Shown: positions 19,373 through 27,757, counted from the first letter of the stretch. The stretch is 35,595 bases of DNA from Acutalibacteraceae bacterium (GCA_045655625.1 JAZOPP010000007.1:1-35595), one strand, 5' to 3'. Numbers and translations are program-made. The notes: a model not told the origin generated them from the sequence alone.

Positions 19373-19639
19373 ATGGAAATTAGTGTGGTATCTGTGATGG
19401 CAGGCCGCGATAAGGGTCGCTTAATGGCGGTAATATCCGAAACCGAAAAGAGTATGCTGCTCTGTGACGGTAAGGAAAGACCGCTTGAGCGTCCGAAGCT
19501 TAAATCAAAGAAGCATATCGCGCCCACCAATTATGAGATCAAAAGGGAAGACCTGCGTTCAAACAGGTCGCTTAGAAAAGCGCTGCAGCAGTGCAGCATA
19601 CATTCCGAGGAGGAACTCATATGTCAAAAGAAGATATGA
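19373..19639 (+). CDS. Small KOW-domain RNA-binding protein (the Clostridia-type gene between map and infA)
   Basis: 88 aa: ...[45 protein letters not shown]..., a G-x-D/K-K-G KOW-like motif followed by a basic tail. TGA at 19637-19639 lies 19 nt inside infA. Confidence 0.7.
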   Translation: MEISVVSVMAGRDKGRLMAVISETEKSMLLCDGKERPLERPKLKSKKHIAPTNYEIKREDLRSNRSLRKALQQCSIHSEEELICQKKI

Positions 19640-19839
19640 TAGAGCTTGAAGGCACCGTTGTTGAAGCAATGCCAAACGCAATGTTCAAGGTAGAAATACA
19701 GGGCGGACACACAATCCTTGCTCATATCTCGGGAAAACTTCGTATGAATTTCATTCGAATCCTGCCCGGTGATAAGGTAACGGTTGAGATGTCGCCGTAT
19801 GATTTGACTCGCGGACGCATTACTTGGCGTTCGAAGTAG
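19621..19839 (+). CDS. infA: Translation initiation factor IF-1
   Basis: 72 aa: [77 protein letters not shown] lies upstream of ATG 19621; the ORF-track start at 19591 was rejected. Confidence 0.97.
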   Translation: MSKEDMIELEGTVVEAMPNAMFKVEIQGGHTILAHISGKLRMNFIRILPGDKVTVEMSPYDLTRGRITWRSK

Positions 19840-19865
19840 TCGTAAATTTAGGAGGTAAAATCCAA

Positions 19866-19979
19866 ATGAAAGTCAGACCTTCTGTAAAAAAGATTTGCGA
19901 AAAGTGCAAAATCATTAAGCGCAAGGGAAAAGTAATGGTTATCTGTGAAAATCCCAAGCACAAGCAGCGCCAGGGTTAA
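19866..19979 (+). CDS. rpmJ: 50S ribosomal protein L36 (zinc form)
   Basis: Not in the ORF track because it is shorter than 60 aa. My own translation gives [37 protein letters not shown], 37 aa. AGGAGG lies upstream. Confidence 0.96.
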   Translation: MKVRPSVKKICEKCKIIKRKGKVMVICENPKHKQRQG

Positions 19980-20012
19980 CCTGTGCAATATTTAGTGGAG
20001 GTGCATTGATAA

Positions 20013-20381
20013 ATGGCGCGTATAGCAGGTGTAGACCTTCCGAACGAGAAGAGAGTCGAAATCGGCCTCACTTATATCTACGGAATCGGTCTTACAACAT
20101 CAAAGAAGGTCCTCGCAGATACCGGTATCAATCCTGATACCCGTGTTAAAGATCTGACAGAGGATGATATATCTAAGCTTCGTGAGTACATCGATCACAA
20201 CCTCGAGGTTGAGGGTGACCGTCGTCGCGCAGTAGCTTTTGATATTAAAAGACTCATAGAAATCGGTAGCTATCGTGGCACTCGCCACCGTAAGGGTCTC
20301 CCGGTAAGAGGTCAGCGTTCCAAGACTAACGCTCGCACTCGCAAGGGTCCCAAGAAGACGATAGCAAACAAGAAGAAGTAA
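20013..20381 (+). CDS. rpsM: 30S ribosomal protein S13
   Basis: 122 aa: [26 protein letters not shown]... Confidence 0.98.
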   Translation: MARIAGVDLPNEKRVEIGLTYIYGIGLTTSKKVLADTGINPDTRVKDLTEDDISKLREYIDHNLEVEGDRRRAVAFDIKRLIEIGSYRGTRHRKGLPVRGQRSKTNARTRKGPKKTIANKKK

Positions 20382-20398
20382 GGCGGGAGGAATTATAA

Positions 20399-20797
20399 AT
20401 GGCTACAAAGGGTAAAACAACAGCAACCCGCAAGCGTCGCGAGAAGAAGAATATCGAACGCGGTGCTGCCCATATCCAGTCGACCTTCAACAATACAATC
20501 GTTACCATAACCGATACCAACGGTGCTGCTCTTTCTTGGGCATCTGCTGGTGAGCTCGGTTTCCGCGGTTCCAGAAAGTCCACTCCCTTCGCAGCACAGA
20601 GCGCAGCAGAGACTGCAGCAAAGGCTGCTATGGAGCACGGCCTCAAGACCGTTGAAGTATATGTTAAAGGTCCCGGTGCAGGACGTGAGGCTGCTATCAG
20701 AGCGTTGCAGTCTGCAGGACTCGAAGTTAGCATGATTAAGGATGTTACTCCGATTCCGCACAATGGTTGCCGTCCTCCGAAGAGAAGACGCGTATAA
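20399..20797 (+). CDS. rpsK: 30S ribosomal protein S11
   Basis: 132 aa: ...[30 protein letters not shown]... and ...[15 protein letters not shown]. Confidence 0.98.
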   Translation: MATKGKTTATRKRREKKNIERGAAHIQSTFNNTIVTITDTNGAALSWASAGELGFRGSRKSTPFAAQSAAETAAKAAMEHGLKTVEVYVKGPGAGREAAIRALQSAGLEVSMIKDVTPIPHNGCRPPKRRRV

Positions 20798-20817
20798 CGA
20801 AATTGGAGGTGTCATAA

Positions 20818-21444
20818 ATGGCAAGATATACCGGAGCAGTATGCAGACTTTGCCGCCGTGAGGGACAGAAGCTGTTCTTAAAGGGCGAGCGCTGCTATTC
20901 TGAGAAATGTTCATTCAACGCAAGAGCTTATGCTCCCGGTCAGCACGGTCAGGGACGCAAGAAGTCCTCTGAATACGGCACACAGCTTCGTGCAAAGCAG
21001 AGAGCAAGAAGATTCTACGGTGTTCAGGAAGCTCAGTTCCATCACTATTTTGAGATGGCAGAGCGCAAGCAGGGTATAACCGGTGACAACCTGCTCAAGA
21101 TCCTCGAAAGCCGTCTTGACAACGTTGTATATAGAGTAGGTTTCGCTTCTTCGAGAGCAGAAGCAAGACAGCTCGTTGGCCACGGTCACTACGAAGTTAA
21201 CGGCCATCGCGTAGATATCGCTTCCTACCTTGTAAAGGCAGGCGACGTAGTATCTATCTGCGAGAAGGCACGCGGCAGCGAAAAGATCAAGGCTGTAGTA
21301 GAAGCAAACTCGGCAAGACCGGTTCCTGCTTGGATCGATGTAAATCGTGAAGCACTTGAGGCAAAGATCATTGCCCTCCCGAACCGCGACCAGATCGAGG
21401 CTCCTGTTGAAGAGCAGCTCATCGTCGAGTTCTATTCTAAGTAA
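20818..21444 (+). CDS. rpsD: 30S ribosomal protein S4
   Basis: 208 aa: [31 protein letters not shown]... Confidence 0.98.
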   Translation: MARYTGAVCRLCRREGQKLFLKGERCYSEKCSFNARAYAPGQHGQGRKKSSEYGTQLRAKQRARRFYGVQEAQFHHYFEMAERKQGITGDNLLKILESRLDNVVYRVGFASSRAEARQLVGHGHYEVNGHRVDIASYLVKAGDVVSICEKARGSEKIKAVVEANSARPVPAWIDVNREALEAKIIALPNRDQIEAPVEEQLIVEFYSK

Positions 21445-21519
21445 TAACCACACAAATTTGCCGTTACCGCGCAAACGGCGAATTATAAAACTACATGCGC
21501 GGAGAAATGGAGCTTTTAA

Positions 21520-22470
21520 ATGATAGAAATTGAAAAGCCCAGAATTGAATCGCTGGATTTACTGCCTGACGGCACTTACGGTAAGTTCGTGCTTGAACCG
21601 CTTGAGAACGGCTTTGGTACCACAATAGGCAACAGCCTTCGTCGCGTACTTTTATCGAGCCTTCCGGGCGTAGCCGCAACCTCTATTAAGATTGACGGCG
21701 TAGTGCATGAATTTTCCACCATCCCCGGCGTTAAGGAAGACGTAACAGACATCGTTCTTAACATCAAGGGACTTACCGCAAAGCTTCACACTAATGAGGC
21801 TAAAACGGTTTATATCGAGGCTGAGGGACCCTGCGAGGTTACCGGTGCATCTATAAAGACTGATTCTGAGGTTGAAATTCTCAACCCTGAACTTCACATT
21901 GCAACTGTTAGCGAGGGTGCTAAACTCAATATGGAGATCACTCTCGATACCGGCAGAGGCTATGTTCCGTCTGAAAAGAATGCAGCTTCACAGAATGTTA
22001 TCGGTGTTATCCCGATAGATTCTATCTATACACCCGTTGTCAAGGTTAACTACACTGTTGATAAGACCCGCGTTGGTCAGCAGATCGACTTTGACCGTCT
22101 TACCCTCGAGGTATGGACAAACGGTGTTATTTCGGCCAGCGATGCTGTATCTCTTGCAGCAAAGATCTTAACCGAGCATCTCGATCTGTTCACAGATCTC
22201 TCGGGTGATGCCTTCAGCGGCACCAAGATCATGGTAGAAAAGGGCGACAGCAGCAAAGAGAAGGTTCTCGATATGACTATCGAAGAACTCGACTTGTCGG
22301 TCAGAAGCTTCAACTGCTTGAAGCGTGCAGGAATAAACACGGTAGAGGATCTTATCGGCAAAACCGAAGAGGATATGATGAAGGTAAGAAACCTCGGCCG
22401 CAAATCGCTTGAAGAGGTTATAGCTAAGCTTGATAGCTTTGGCTTCGCTTTAAGCAGTGACGACGAATAA
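21520..22470 (+). CDS. rpoA: DNA-directed RNA polymerase subunit alpha
   Basis: 316 aa: [10 protein letters not shown]...[30 protein letters not shown]..., with C-terminal domain ...[22 protein letters not shown]... Confidence 0.98.
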   Translation: MIEIEKPRIESLDLLPDGTYGKFVLEPLENGFGTTIGNSLRRVLLSSLPGVAATSIKIDGVVHEFSTIPGVKEDVTDIVLNIKGLTAKLHTNEAKTVYIEAEGPCEVTGASIKTDSEVEILNPELHIATVSEGAKLNMEITLDTGRGYVPSEKNAASQNVIGVIPIDSIYTPVVKVNYTVDKTRVGQQIDFDRLTLEVWTNGVISASDAVSLAAKILTEHLDLFTDLSGDAFSGTKIMVEKGDSSKEKVLDMTIEELDLSVRSFNCLKRAGINTVEDLIGKTEEDMMKVRNLGRKSLEEVIAKLDSFGFALSSDDE

Positions 22471-22485
22471 AAGGAGTGAGTATAA

Positions 22486-22827
22486 ATGCCGGGAACTCGT
22501 AAACTCGGAAGAACCAGCGACCACAGAACCGCTATGCTTCGTGCTATGGTAACCTATCTGCTCGAAAACGGCAAGATTGAGACTACCGTAACCCGCGCTA
22601 AAGAGGTTAGGTCGATGGCTGAGAAATATATTACACTCGCTAAAGACAACAGTCTGAACAGCAAGCGTCAGGCTATGGCGTTTATTACTAAGGAGGCAGT
22701 TGTAGCAAAGCTCTACAACGATATCGCTCCCAAGTATGCAGACCGTAACGGTGGCTATTGCCGTATAACCAAGACCGGTCCTCGCCGTGGCGATGCAGCT
22801 GAAATGGCAATTATTGAGTTAATCTAA
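22486..22827 (+). CDS. rplQ: 50S ribosomal protein L17
   Basis: 113 aa: ...[36 protein letters not shown]... Confidence 0.98.
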   Translation: MPGTRKLGRTSDHRTAMLRAMVTYLLENGKIETTVTRAKEVRSMAEKYITLAKDNSLNSKRQAMAFITKEAVVAKLYNDIAPKYADRNGGYCRITKTGPRRGDAAEMAIIELI

Positions 22828-22842
22828 TTTCTCTAATTTATA

Positions 22843-22907
22843 TTTAGTTCTCGCATCATAAGATTTCTCGTAAAATCTTAATGACGATGCGGGAACTAAA
22901 TTTTTTC
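22843..22907 (+). terminator. Long-hairpin intrinsic terminator closing the ribosomal supercluster
   Basis: 15-bp outer stem TTTAGTTCTCGCATC (22843-22857) / GATGCGGGAACTAAA (22886-22900), with one G.U pair. An inner 8-bp stem TAAGATTT / AAATCTTA extends it. TTTTTT follows at 22901-22906. Confidence 0.9.
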
Positions 22908-22908
22908 T

Positions 22909-22940
22909 AAAAACAAAACCCCCGATGATTTCATCGGGGG
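22909..22940 (-). terminator. Intrinsic terminator after mtaB (minus strand)
   Basis: Stem CCCCCGATG / CATCGGGGG (22919-22940). On the minus strand it is followed by TTTTGTTTTT (reverse complement of 22909-22918). It lies 6 nt past the mtaB stop. Confidence 0.85.
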
Positions 22941-22946
22941 TTTCCT

Positions 22947-24236
22947 TTATTTTATTATCTCGCCAATACAATAGTCGTTTTCACATCCGGTTAGAATAAC
23001 GTCGATAATCTTTCCGCAAACGTCTTTATGTGCCGGAACCTTAACTCGGGTGTAGTTTTTGGTGTATCCAAAGCAGTAGCCGTTTTCCTCCGTTTCAAAT
23101 AAAACAGGGAAGCAACTGCCAACTTGCGATTCAAGGAAGTGCATTTCACTCTCTTTGCAAGCAGATGCCATAATTTGGCTTCTTTTGGCTTTTACGGCGT
23201 TTTGCACCTGATCTTGGAATTTATCCGCTACAGTGCCTTTTCGGCGCGAATAGCTAAAAATATGGGCTTTTGCGAAGCCTATCTCACGTGCAAACGCGAG
23301 CGATTCGGAAAACTCCTCCTCAGTTTCTCCCGCAAAACCTACCATAATATCGGTTGTTATTGCGGCATTGGGGAACATAGCGCGTATTCTTTCCACGAGG
23401 TCGCGGTAAAATGCCGAGTCATAGTGTCGGTTCATGCGCTTGAGCGTAGCATCACTGCCCGACTGAAGCGAAAGATGGAACTGCGGACAGAATTTTTCCT
23501 CAGATTTAAATCTCTTTAGCATTTCATCACTAATGTGGTCGGGCTCGAGCGAGCCGAGTCGCACGCGTTCAATACCATCCACCGCGGCAACAGTGCTAAC
23601 CGCATCGCAAAGGTCAAAATTTTCTCCCTTGCCGTATGCAGAGAGGTTGATTCCAACCAGCACTATCTCCCGAAATCCTTTGGACGCCAACCGCTCTATC
23701 TCATTTTTTAAATCATCTAAACTGCGCGAGCGTACCCTGCCGCGCGCAAAGGGAATAATGCAGTATGAGCAAAAACGGTCACAGCCGTCCTCTATTTTAA
23801 CGAATGCGCGAGTACGTTCCGAGAACGAGCTAATGGCAGGCGTGGCATATGCTTCGCCCTTTTCGTGCTTCGAGATAGCAGAAACCCTGCCGCCCTTTGC
23901 AAAAAACTCATTAAGCAACTCAGGCAACGAACCCTCTCCCGAATTGGAGAAAATTATATCCGCCTCCGGCAGCTCGTTTTCTATATTAGGGAAAGCCGCA
24001 GGCACACAGCCGCACAGCACAATAACGGCTCCAGGCAGCATTCTGCGAAACCGACGCACTGCTTGGCGCGTCTTGCGGTCGCTCTCGGCGGTAACGGTGC
24101 AGGAGTTGATGATAAAAACGTCGGCATCCTTCTGGTCACAGTCGCAGTTGTAGCCGGCATTTTCGAGCTGCTCGCGCATCGATTCGGTCTCGTATTGATT
24201 AACTTTGCAGCCTAAAGTGTAAAAAGCGGCGTTCAT
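22947..24236 (-). CDS. mtaB: Radical-SAM methylthiotransferase, MtaB-like (tRNA ms2t6A37)
   Basis: 429 aa in three parts: an MTTase N-terminal domain (MNAAFYTLGCKVNQYETE...), a radical-SAM CDRFCSYCIIPFARG cluster (CxxxCxxC), and a C-terminal TRAM-like region. The assignment as MtaB rather than MiaB or RimO rests on overall resemblance only. Confidence 0.75.
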   Translation of the reverse strand: MNAAFYTLGCKVNQYETESMREQLENAGYNCDCDQKDADVFIINSCTVTAESDRKTRQAVRRFRRMLPGAVIVLCGCVPAAFPNIENELPEADIIFSNSGEGSLPELLNEFFAKGGRVSAISKHEKGEAYATPAISSFSERTRAFVKIEDGCDRFCSYCIIPFARGRVRSRSLDDLKNEIERLASKGFREIVLVGINLSAYGKGENFDLCDAVSTVAAVDGIERVRLGSLEPDHISDEMLKRFKSEEKFCPQFHLSLQSGSDATLKRMNRHYDSAFYRDLVERIRAMFPNAAITTDIMVGFAGETEEEFSESLAFAREIGFAKAHIFSYSRRKGTVADKFQDQVQNAVKAKRSQIMASACKESEMHFLESQVGSCFPVLFETEENGYCFGYTKNYTRVKVPAHKDVCGKIIDVILTGCENDYCIGEIIK

Positions 24237-24256
24237 AGTTACTCCTTAAATTATGG

Positions 24257-24285
24257 TTGACTTTACCACTCAAAAATAGTATCAT
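24257..24285 (+). promoter_or_regulatory. Sigma-A type promoter for the HPr-like gene
   Basis: TTGACT (24257-24262) - 17 nt - TATCAT (24280-24285), ending 23 nt before ATG 24309. Confidence 0.6.
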
Positions 24286-24308
24286 TTAACCAAGAGGTGA
24301 GTTAAAAA

Positions 24309-24557
24309 ATGGTAGAAGCAAAAGTTATGTTCACAAGCATTGATGATGTTAAAAGCTTCGCAGCTCTCGCAAACACAAAGAGCTACGATGTTGATATAAC
24401 CTCGGGTAAATACCTCATAAACGCAAAATCAATTATGGGTATATTCAGCCTTGATCTCACTCGTCCGCTCAACGTTGTCGCCTATTGTGATGACGATGCA
24501 GCATTCTTAAAGCAGATCGAGCGTTACATTTACGTTGACCCTGCCGAGGCTCAATAA
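24309..24557 (+). CDS. HPr-fold (PTS phosphocarrier-like) protein lacking any histidine
   Basis: 82 aa. ...GKYLINAKSIMGIFSLDL... closely matches the HPr Ser46 region (B. subtilis NGKTVNLKSIMGVMSLGI). Upstream, ...NTKSYDVDIT... parallels ...TASKYDADVNL... The GIHARPA active-site segment is replaced by IDDVKSF, and the protein has zero His residues. Confidence 0.65.
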   Translation: MVEAKVMFTSIDDVKSFAALANTKSYDVDITSGKYLINAKSIMGIFSLDLTRPLNVVAYCDDDAAFLKQIERYIYVDPAEAQ

Positions 24558-24570
24558 TATTTTAGAACTT

Positions 24571-24605
24571 AACGGTGAAGCGAAAGGCTTCACCGTTGTT
24601 TTTTT
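24571..24605 (+). terminator. Intrinsic terminator after the HPr-like gene
   Basis: Stem AACGGTGAAG (24571-24580) / CTTCACCGTT (24588-24597) followed by GTTTTTTT. The T-run overlaps the stop codon of the convergent ABC gene. Confidence 0.85.
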
Positions 24606-26253
24606 AAACTATTTTTCCGTCCTTCACGGTCAGCACGCAGTCGCAAATGTCAAGAGCAGCGGTGCGGTGTGTGATAAGAATAACGGTTTTGTTTTTCTGC
24701 GCTTTTAAATTTTCGAGCAGCGCAAGCTCGGTCTCGTTATCAAGTGCCGAGGTGCACTCATCCAGCAGCAGAATAGGGGAGTCGGAAAGCAGCGCTCTCG
24801 CAATGGCAATTCTCTGCAGCTGACCCTCCGATAATCCTGCGCCACGCTCACCGATAACGGTGTCAAAGCCGTCTGGCAGGGAAACTATGTAATCGTAAAT
24901 AACCGCCATTTTGGCAGCATTCTCAATCTGCTGCTGTGAAACGTCGCCCGATAGGAAGGTTATGTTTTCGCGGATGGTACCTGAGAGAATCATATCGCCC
25001 TGCGGCACGTAGGAGAAAAGTCCGCGCAGGGAGGAATCAATTTCCTGTTCGCCATCCTCACACTCGAGCAAAAGGCGACCGCTATGCGGCTTATAAAGAC
25101 CCAGCAGCAGTTTAAACAACGTGCTTTTACCTGTGCCCGATTCACCCATAACGGCGCAAATGCTACCTTTCTTTATGGTAAAATCCAATCCGTCGATTAT
25201 CTCGCGGTCATCGTATCCAAAACTAAGCTTTTGTGCTTTTATTGCGCTCATTTTTTCATAAAGTGCAGCCTTATCAATATCGGCAGGCGGCAGCTCCTCA
25301 GGCATATCCTCAAGCTCACGGAGACGCTCTGCTGAGGCAATAGCGGCATAATACTGCGGCAGTATTCCCGAAACGTTCTGAAGTGGATTTCTCAGCTGTG
25401 CCACGAGCTCAACGAACGCAAACAGCGTTCCGATGCCCAGTTTTCCGCTTGCAACCTCAAAAGCACCCCAAATGAGCACTCCGTAATATCCGAGTGCAAA
25501 GCCTGCACTGAGTGCCGCATGGGTCGAAACCGAGAGGGCATTGCGCTTCATTTTTATTTTAAAGTTATCCTCCATAAAGTCCGATAATTTGGATTTTACG
25601 GGGTTATCAGCAATAAAGGTCTTGATAACCACAATGTTCTGCACACTCTCCTGCAAAAAGGAGCGAATCACACCGTTTGTGCGCTGAGTTTCCTTGTGCA
25701 GCAGCTTATAGCGTCGGCTGAGCAGCCTGCCCATAAGGGGAAACAAAAAACCAATAGCCACAATAACCAGCGCCACAACGGGATTTAAAAATATAACCGC
25801 ACTCACGCCCACTATCAGCTTGGTAATTATAGCAATAGTGCGCGGAATTATGGCTGCAAAAGCATTCACAACAACGTCCACGTCGCTGGTAAAACGGTTA
25901 ACTACCTCGCCGGAGTGCAGCTTGGTGACCTCGCTGTATTCTTTAAGAATAAGGCGGCTGAAAAGCCGATTTTTAAGTGAAATATCCATCCTGCCCGCAG
26001 CGTGTGCGCGCACAAATCCGTTTATAACTCTGGCAATAATCTGCAGCAAAATCAAACCGCCCAGAAGCAAAACGTTTTGCTTCATATCGGCAGTGGAGTG
26101 CTGCTGCGCATCGTTGAGCACGTTGCGTGATACCATAATCAGCCCAACCGAGCAGGCAGAAATAAGACCTGCAAGCAGGGAAATTAGGATAATAGCAGGA
26201 ATATGACGGCGAAAACAACCGAGTATCCACCTGGTAGCAGATTTCTTTTTCAT
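24604..26253 (-). CDS. ABC exporter, fused permease + ATPase half-transporter (no peptidase domain)
   Basis: 549 aa. The N-terminal half has ~6 hydrophobic helices. The C-terminal NBD has Walker A GESGTGKST, signature LSEGQLQRIAIARAL, Walker B ILLLDECTSALD and H-loop ILITHR. Confidence 0.92.
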   Translation of the reverse strand: MKKKSATRWILGCFRRHIPAIILISLLAGLISACSVGLIMVSRNVLNDAQQHSTADMKQNVLLLGGLILLQIIARVINGFVRAHAAGRMDISLKNRLFSRLILKEYSEVTKLHSGEVVNRFTSDVDVVVNAFAAIIPRTIAIITKLIVGVSAVIFLNPVVALVIVAIGFLFPLMGRLLSRRYKLLHKETQRTNGVIRSFLQESVQNIVVIKTFIADNPVKSKLSDFMEDNFKIKMKRNALSVSTHAALSAGFALGYYGVLIWGAFEVASGKLGIGTLFAFVELVAQLRNPLQNVSGILPQYYAAIASAERLRELEDMPEELPPADIDKAALYEKMSAIKAQKLSFGYDDREIIDGLDFTIKKGSICAVMGESGTGKSTLFKLLLGLYKPHSGRLLLECEDGEQEIDSSLRGLFSYVPQGDMILSGTIRENITFLSGDVSQQQIENAAKMAVIYDYIVSLPDGFDTVIGERGAGLSEGQLQRIAIARALLSDSPILLLDECTSALDNETELALLENLKAQKNKTVILITHRTAALDICDCVLTVKDGKIV

Positions 26254-26520
26254 TTATTCCATCATACCTGCATCGCTAATCTTTTCGATAAAGCGGGCAA
26301 TATCCTTTTCTGCAATTTCGCGGGATACGTCATATTCGTTCAACAGAGCCTCTAAAAGCTCCTCGCTTGTGCAATCCTTCTCCTGCAAACGCGAGAAAAG
26401 AAAAGCGCCACTTTCATTGAGTGAAACAACAGCATTAAAATCGAGAGTTGCGTTACCAACAGGCACAACAATTATCTTGCCTGCAACGGTTTTCATTAAG
26501 AAGGAATCCTTAATTTTCAT
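26254..26520 (-). CDS. PqqD-family (RiPP-recognition-element-like) small protein
   Basis: 88 aa from ATG 26520, with GAGGAG 9 nt upstream. MKIKDSFLMKTVAGKIIVVPVG...VVSLNESGAFLFSRLQEKDCTSEELLEALLNEYDVSREIAEKDIARFIEKISDAGMME follows the PqqD pattern (beta strands, LNxxG, then a helical xEELxxxLxxxYDVxxxxAxxDxxxFIxxL). Its TAA (26254-26256) directly abuts the ABC ATG (26251-26253). The 51-codon TTG-initiated upstream extension in the ORF track was rejected. Confidence 0.7.
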   Translation of the reverse strand: MKIKDSFLMKTVAGKIIVVPVGNATLDFNAVVSLNESGAFLFSRLQEKDCTSEELLEALLNEYDVSREIAEKDIARFIEKISDAGMME

Positions 26521-26553
26521 GCAAAAACACTCCTCATAACAATATACATTTAT

Positions 26554-26582
26554 ATTATACTGTAAAATTATATCACTTTCAA
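26554..26582 (-). promoter_or_regulatory. Sigma-A type promoter for the PqqD-like/ABC operon
   Basis: On the minus strand: TTGAAA (26577-26582) - 17 nt - TATAAT (26554-26559), about 34 nt upstream of ATG 26520. Confidence 0.65.
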
Positions 26583-26592
26583 GTAAAAGCCT

Positions 26593-26621
26593 TTGATTTT
26601 TATACACGCTTGTGGTACAAT
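26593..26621 (+). promoter_or_regulatory. Sigma-A type promoter for the divergent membrane-protein/lipoprotein genes
   Basis: TTGATT (26593-26598) - 17 nt - TACAAT (26616-26621), with TGg extended -10. It sits back-to-back with the minus-strand promoter; the two -35 hexamers are 10 bp apart. Confidence 0.6.
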
Positions 26622-26652
26622 ATATAAAACAGGTCAAAGGAACGATAATATA

Positions 26653-27150
26653 ATGGATACTTTTAAAGAACAAATAGTTAAAATCCGCCGCACACGCAGC
26701 TCATTTTATTTAAGCGCACTGGTGTGGTTTTTAGCAATGGCACTCACCACAGTGCTGCTTATGATAATCCCAACTCTTGCCGTGCTCATCGCATTCCTGC
26801 TTTTCTATGGCTCTATGAATATAACACAGCGCTTCAATATTGAATATGAATATATCCTAACCAACGGCGAGTTGGACGTTGATAAAATCGTTGCTCAGCG
26901 CTCCAGAACCCGTCTGTTCACAATCAAGTGCGCCGATATAGAGGCAGTAGGCAAGTATATTAAGGGCATGAAACTTTCCGAAAACGGAACCGTATATATC
27001 TGCTGCAATGAGGATGATGAAAACGCATATTTCTTCCGCGCCCGCGATACTAAAGGCAAAGCAATTTGTATCGTAATGGCACCTGATGGAAAAATGATAA
27101 ATGCAATTAAACCCTATTTATCCAGAATAATTCAGCGCGATTTGGTGTAA
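26653..27150 (+). CDS. Hypothetical membrane protein (two N-terminal TM helices plus a ~100-aa cytoplasmic domain)
   Basis: 165 aa from ATG 26653; the ORF-track TTG at 26593 lies on the -35 element. Hydrophobic hairpin FYLSALVWFLAMALTTVLLMIIPTLAVLIAFLLFYG, then ...EYEYILTNGELDVDKIVAQRSRTRLFTIKCADIEAVG... I recognise no catalytic motif. Confidence 0.6.
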   Translation: MDTFKEQIVKIRRTRSSFYLSALVWFLAMALTTVLLMIIPTLAVLIAFLLFYGSMNITQRFNIEYEYILTNGELDVDKIVAQRSRTRLFTIKCADIEAVGKYIKGMKLSENGTVYICCNEDDENAYFFRARDTKGKAICIVMAPDGKMINAIKPYLSRIIQRDLV

Positions 27151-27207
27151 CTTCGGGAATAAAAACACCACTATTACACATAAATATAAATAAGCCTTGA
27201 GCTCAAC

Positions 27208-27248
27208 GCCGGCGAGGATGAAAAAGCATCCGAGTCGGCTAATTTTTT
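27208..27248 (+). terminator. Probable intrinsic terminator (imperfect stem) after the membrane-protein gene
   Basis: GCCGGCGAGGATG (27208-27220) / CATCCGAGTCGGC (27227-27239) has 11 of 13 positions paired, with a 2x2 internal mismatch. It is followed by TAATTTTTT. Confidence 0.55.
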
Positions 27249-27264
27249 ATATTGGTGTGATAAA

Positions 27265-27756
27265 ATGAAAAAACTGTTTTTAACTTTGCTATGCTTTATT
27301 TTTCTCGTTGGCTGCGGGGCCAAAAAGGAGGTCACTGCTGAGCTTTCAAGCGTATCCTTCGATGCCGCAATAACCTATGGCAACTATAGCTGCAACTGCT
27401 CCATAACGCTCTGCGGCGGCTCCTCAATGCAGTCTGAAATCAAGGCGCCCGAGGCTATAGCAGGCACCACGCTATCGTATGATGGCGAGAATTTAAAGGT
27501 AAATTATATGGGTCTTGAATATACCCCCGAGCTTCCCATAGCGCAGGAAACCGTGAACGATATTATAAATAACATATTCCAGTCGGTCGCCACAAGCGGT
27601 CAAAACGCCGTGCTCGAGGATGGCAACTATATCCTGCGAGGCGAGGTAGCAGGCAAAAAATTCACCCTCTACGTCACCGAAGCAGGGCTTCCGATCTCGC
27701 TCACGTGCCCTGATGCTTCGCTTGCTGCCGAGTTCTCAAACGTAACCGTAAAATAA
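27265..27756 (+). CDS. Hypothetical lipoprotein
   Basis: 163 aa. Signal peptide MKKLFLTLLCFIFLVGC has lipobox L-V-G-C. The mature part is beta-rich with no motif I recognise. Confidence 0.7.
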   Translation: MKKLFLTLLCFIFLVGCGAKKEVTAELSSVSFDAAITYGNYSCNCSITLCGGSSMQSEIKAPEAIAGTTLSYDGENLKVNYMGLEYTPELPIAQETVNDIINNIFQSVATSGQNAVLEDGNYILRGEVAGKKFTLYVTEAGLPISLTCPDASLAAEFSNVTVK

Positions 27757-27757
27757 G

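Noticed and set aside
21445-21519. Hairpin GCCGTT-ACCGCGCA-AACGGC in the rpsD-rpoA spacer, considered as an internal attenuator.
   Set aside because: It has a short 6-bp stem and no downstream T-run (GAATTATAAAA follows). A 75-nt spacer before rpoA is common.
22947-24236. The radical-SAM gene 2.0 kb from the PqqD-like gene, considered as the missing RiPP maturase.
   Set aside because: It has the full methylthiotransferase architecture (MTTase N-domain, CxxxCxxC radical-SAM core, TRAM-like C-terminus). It has no SPASM or twitch Cys clusters that I can see. It is separated from the PqqD operon by an independently transcribed gene and the ABC gene, and it has its own terminator.
26521-26673. 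The 51-codon Cys-rich in-frame extension upstream of the PqqD-like gene (MFFKSIHYIIVPLTCFIYCTTSVYKNQ...CYEECFC), considered as a possible RiPP precursor or longer PqqD protein.
   Set aside because: It would start at a TTG with no RBS. It runs through both divergent promoters and overlaps the start of the opposite gene. It is a translation of an A/T-rich promoter region. The internal ATG 26520 has a good GAGGAG RBS and gives a standard-length PqqD-like protein.
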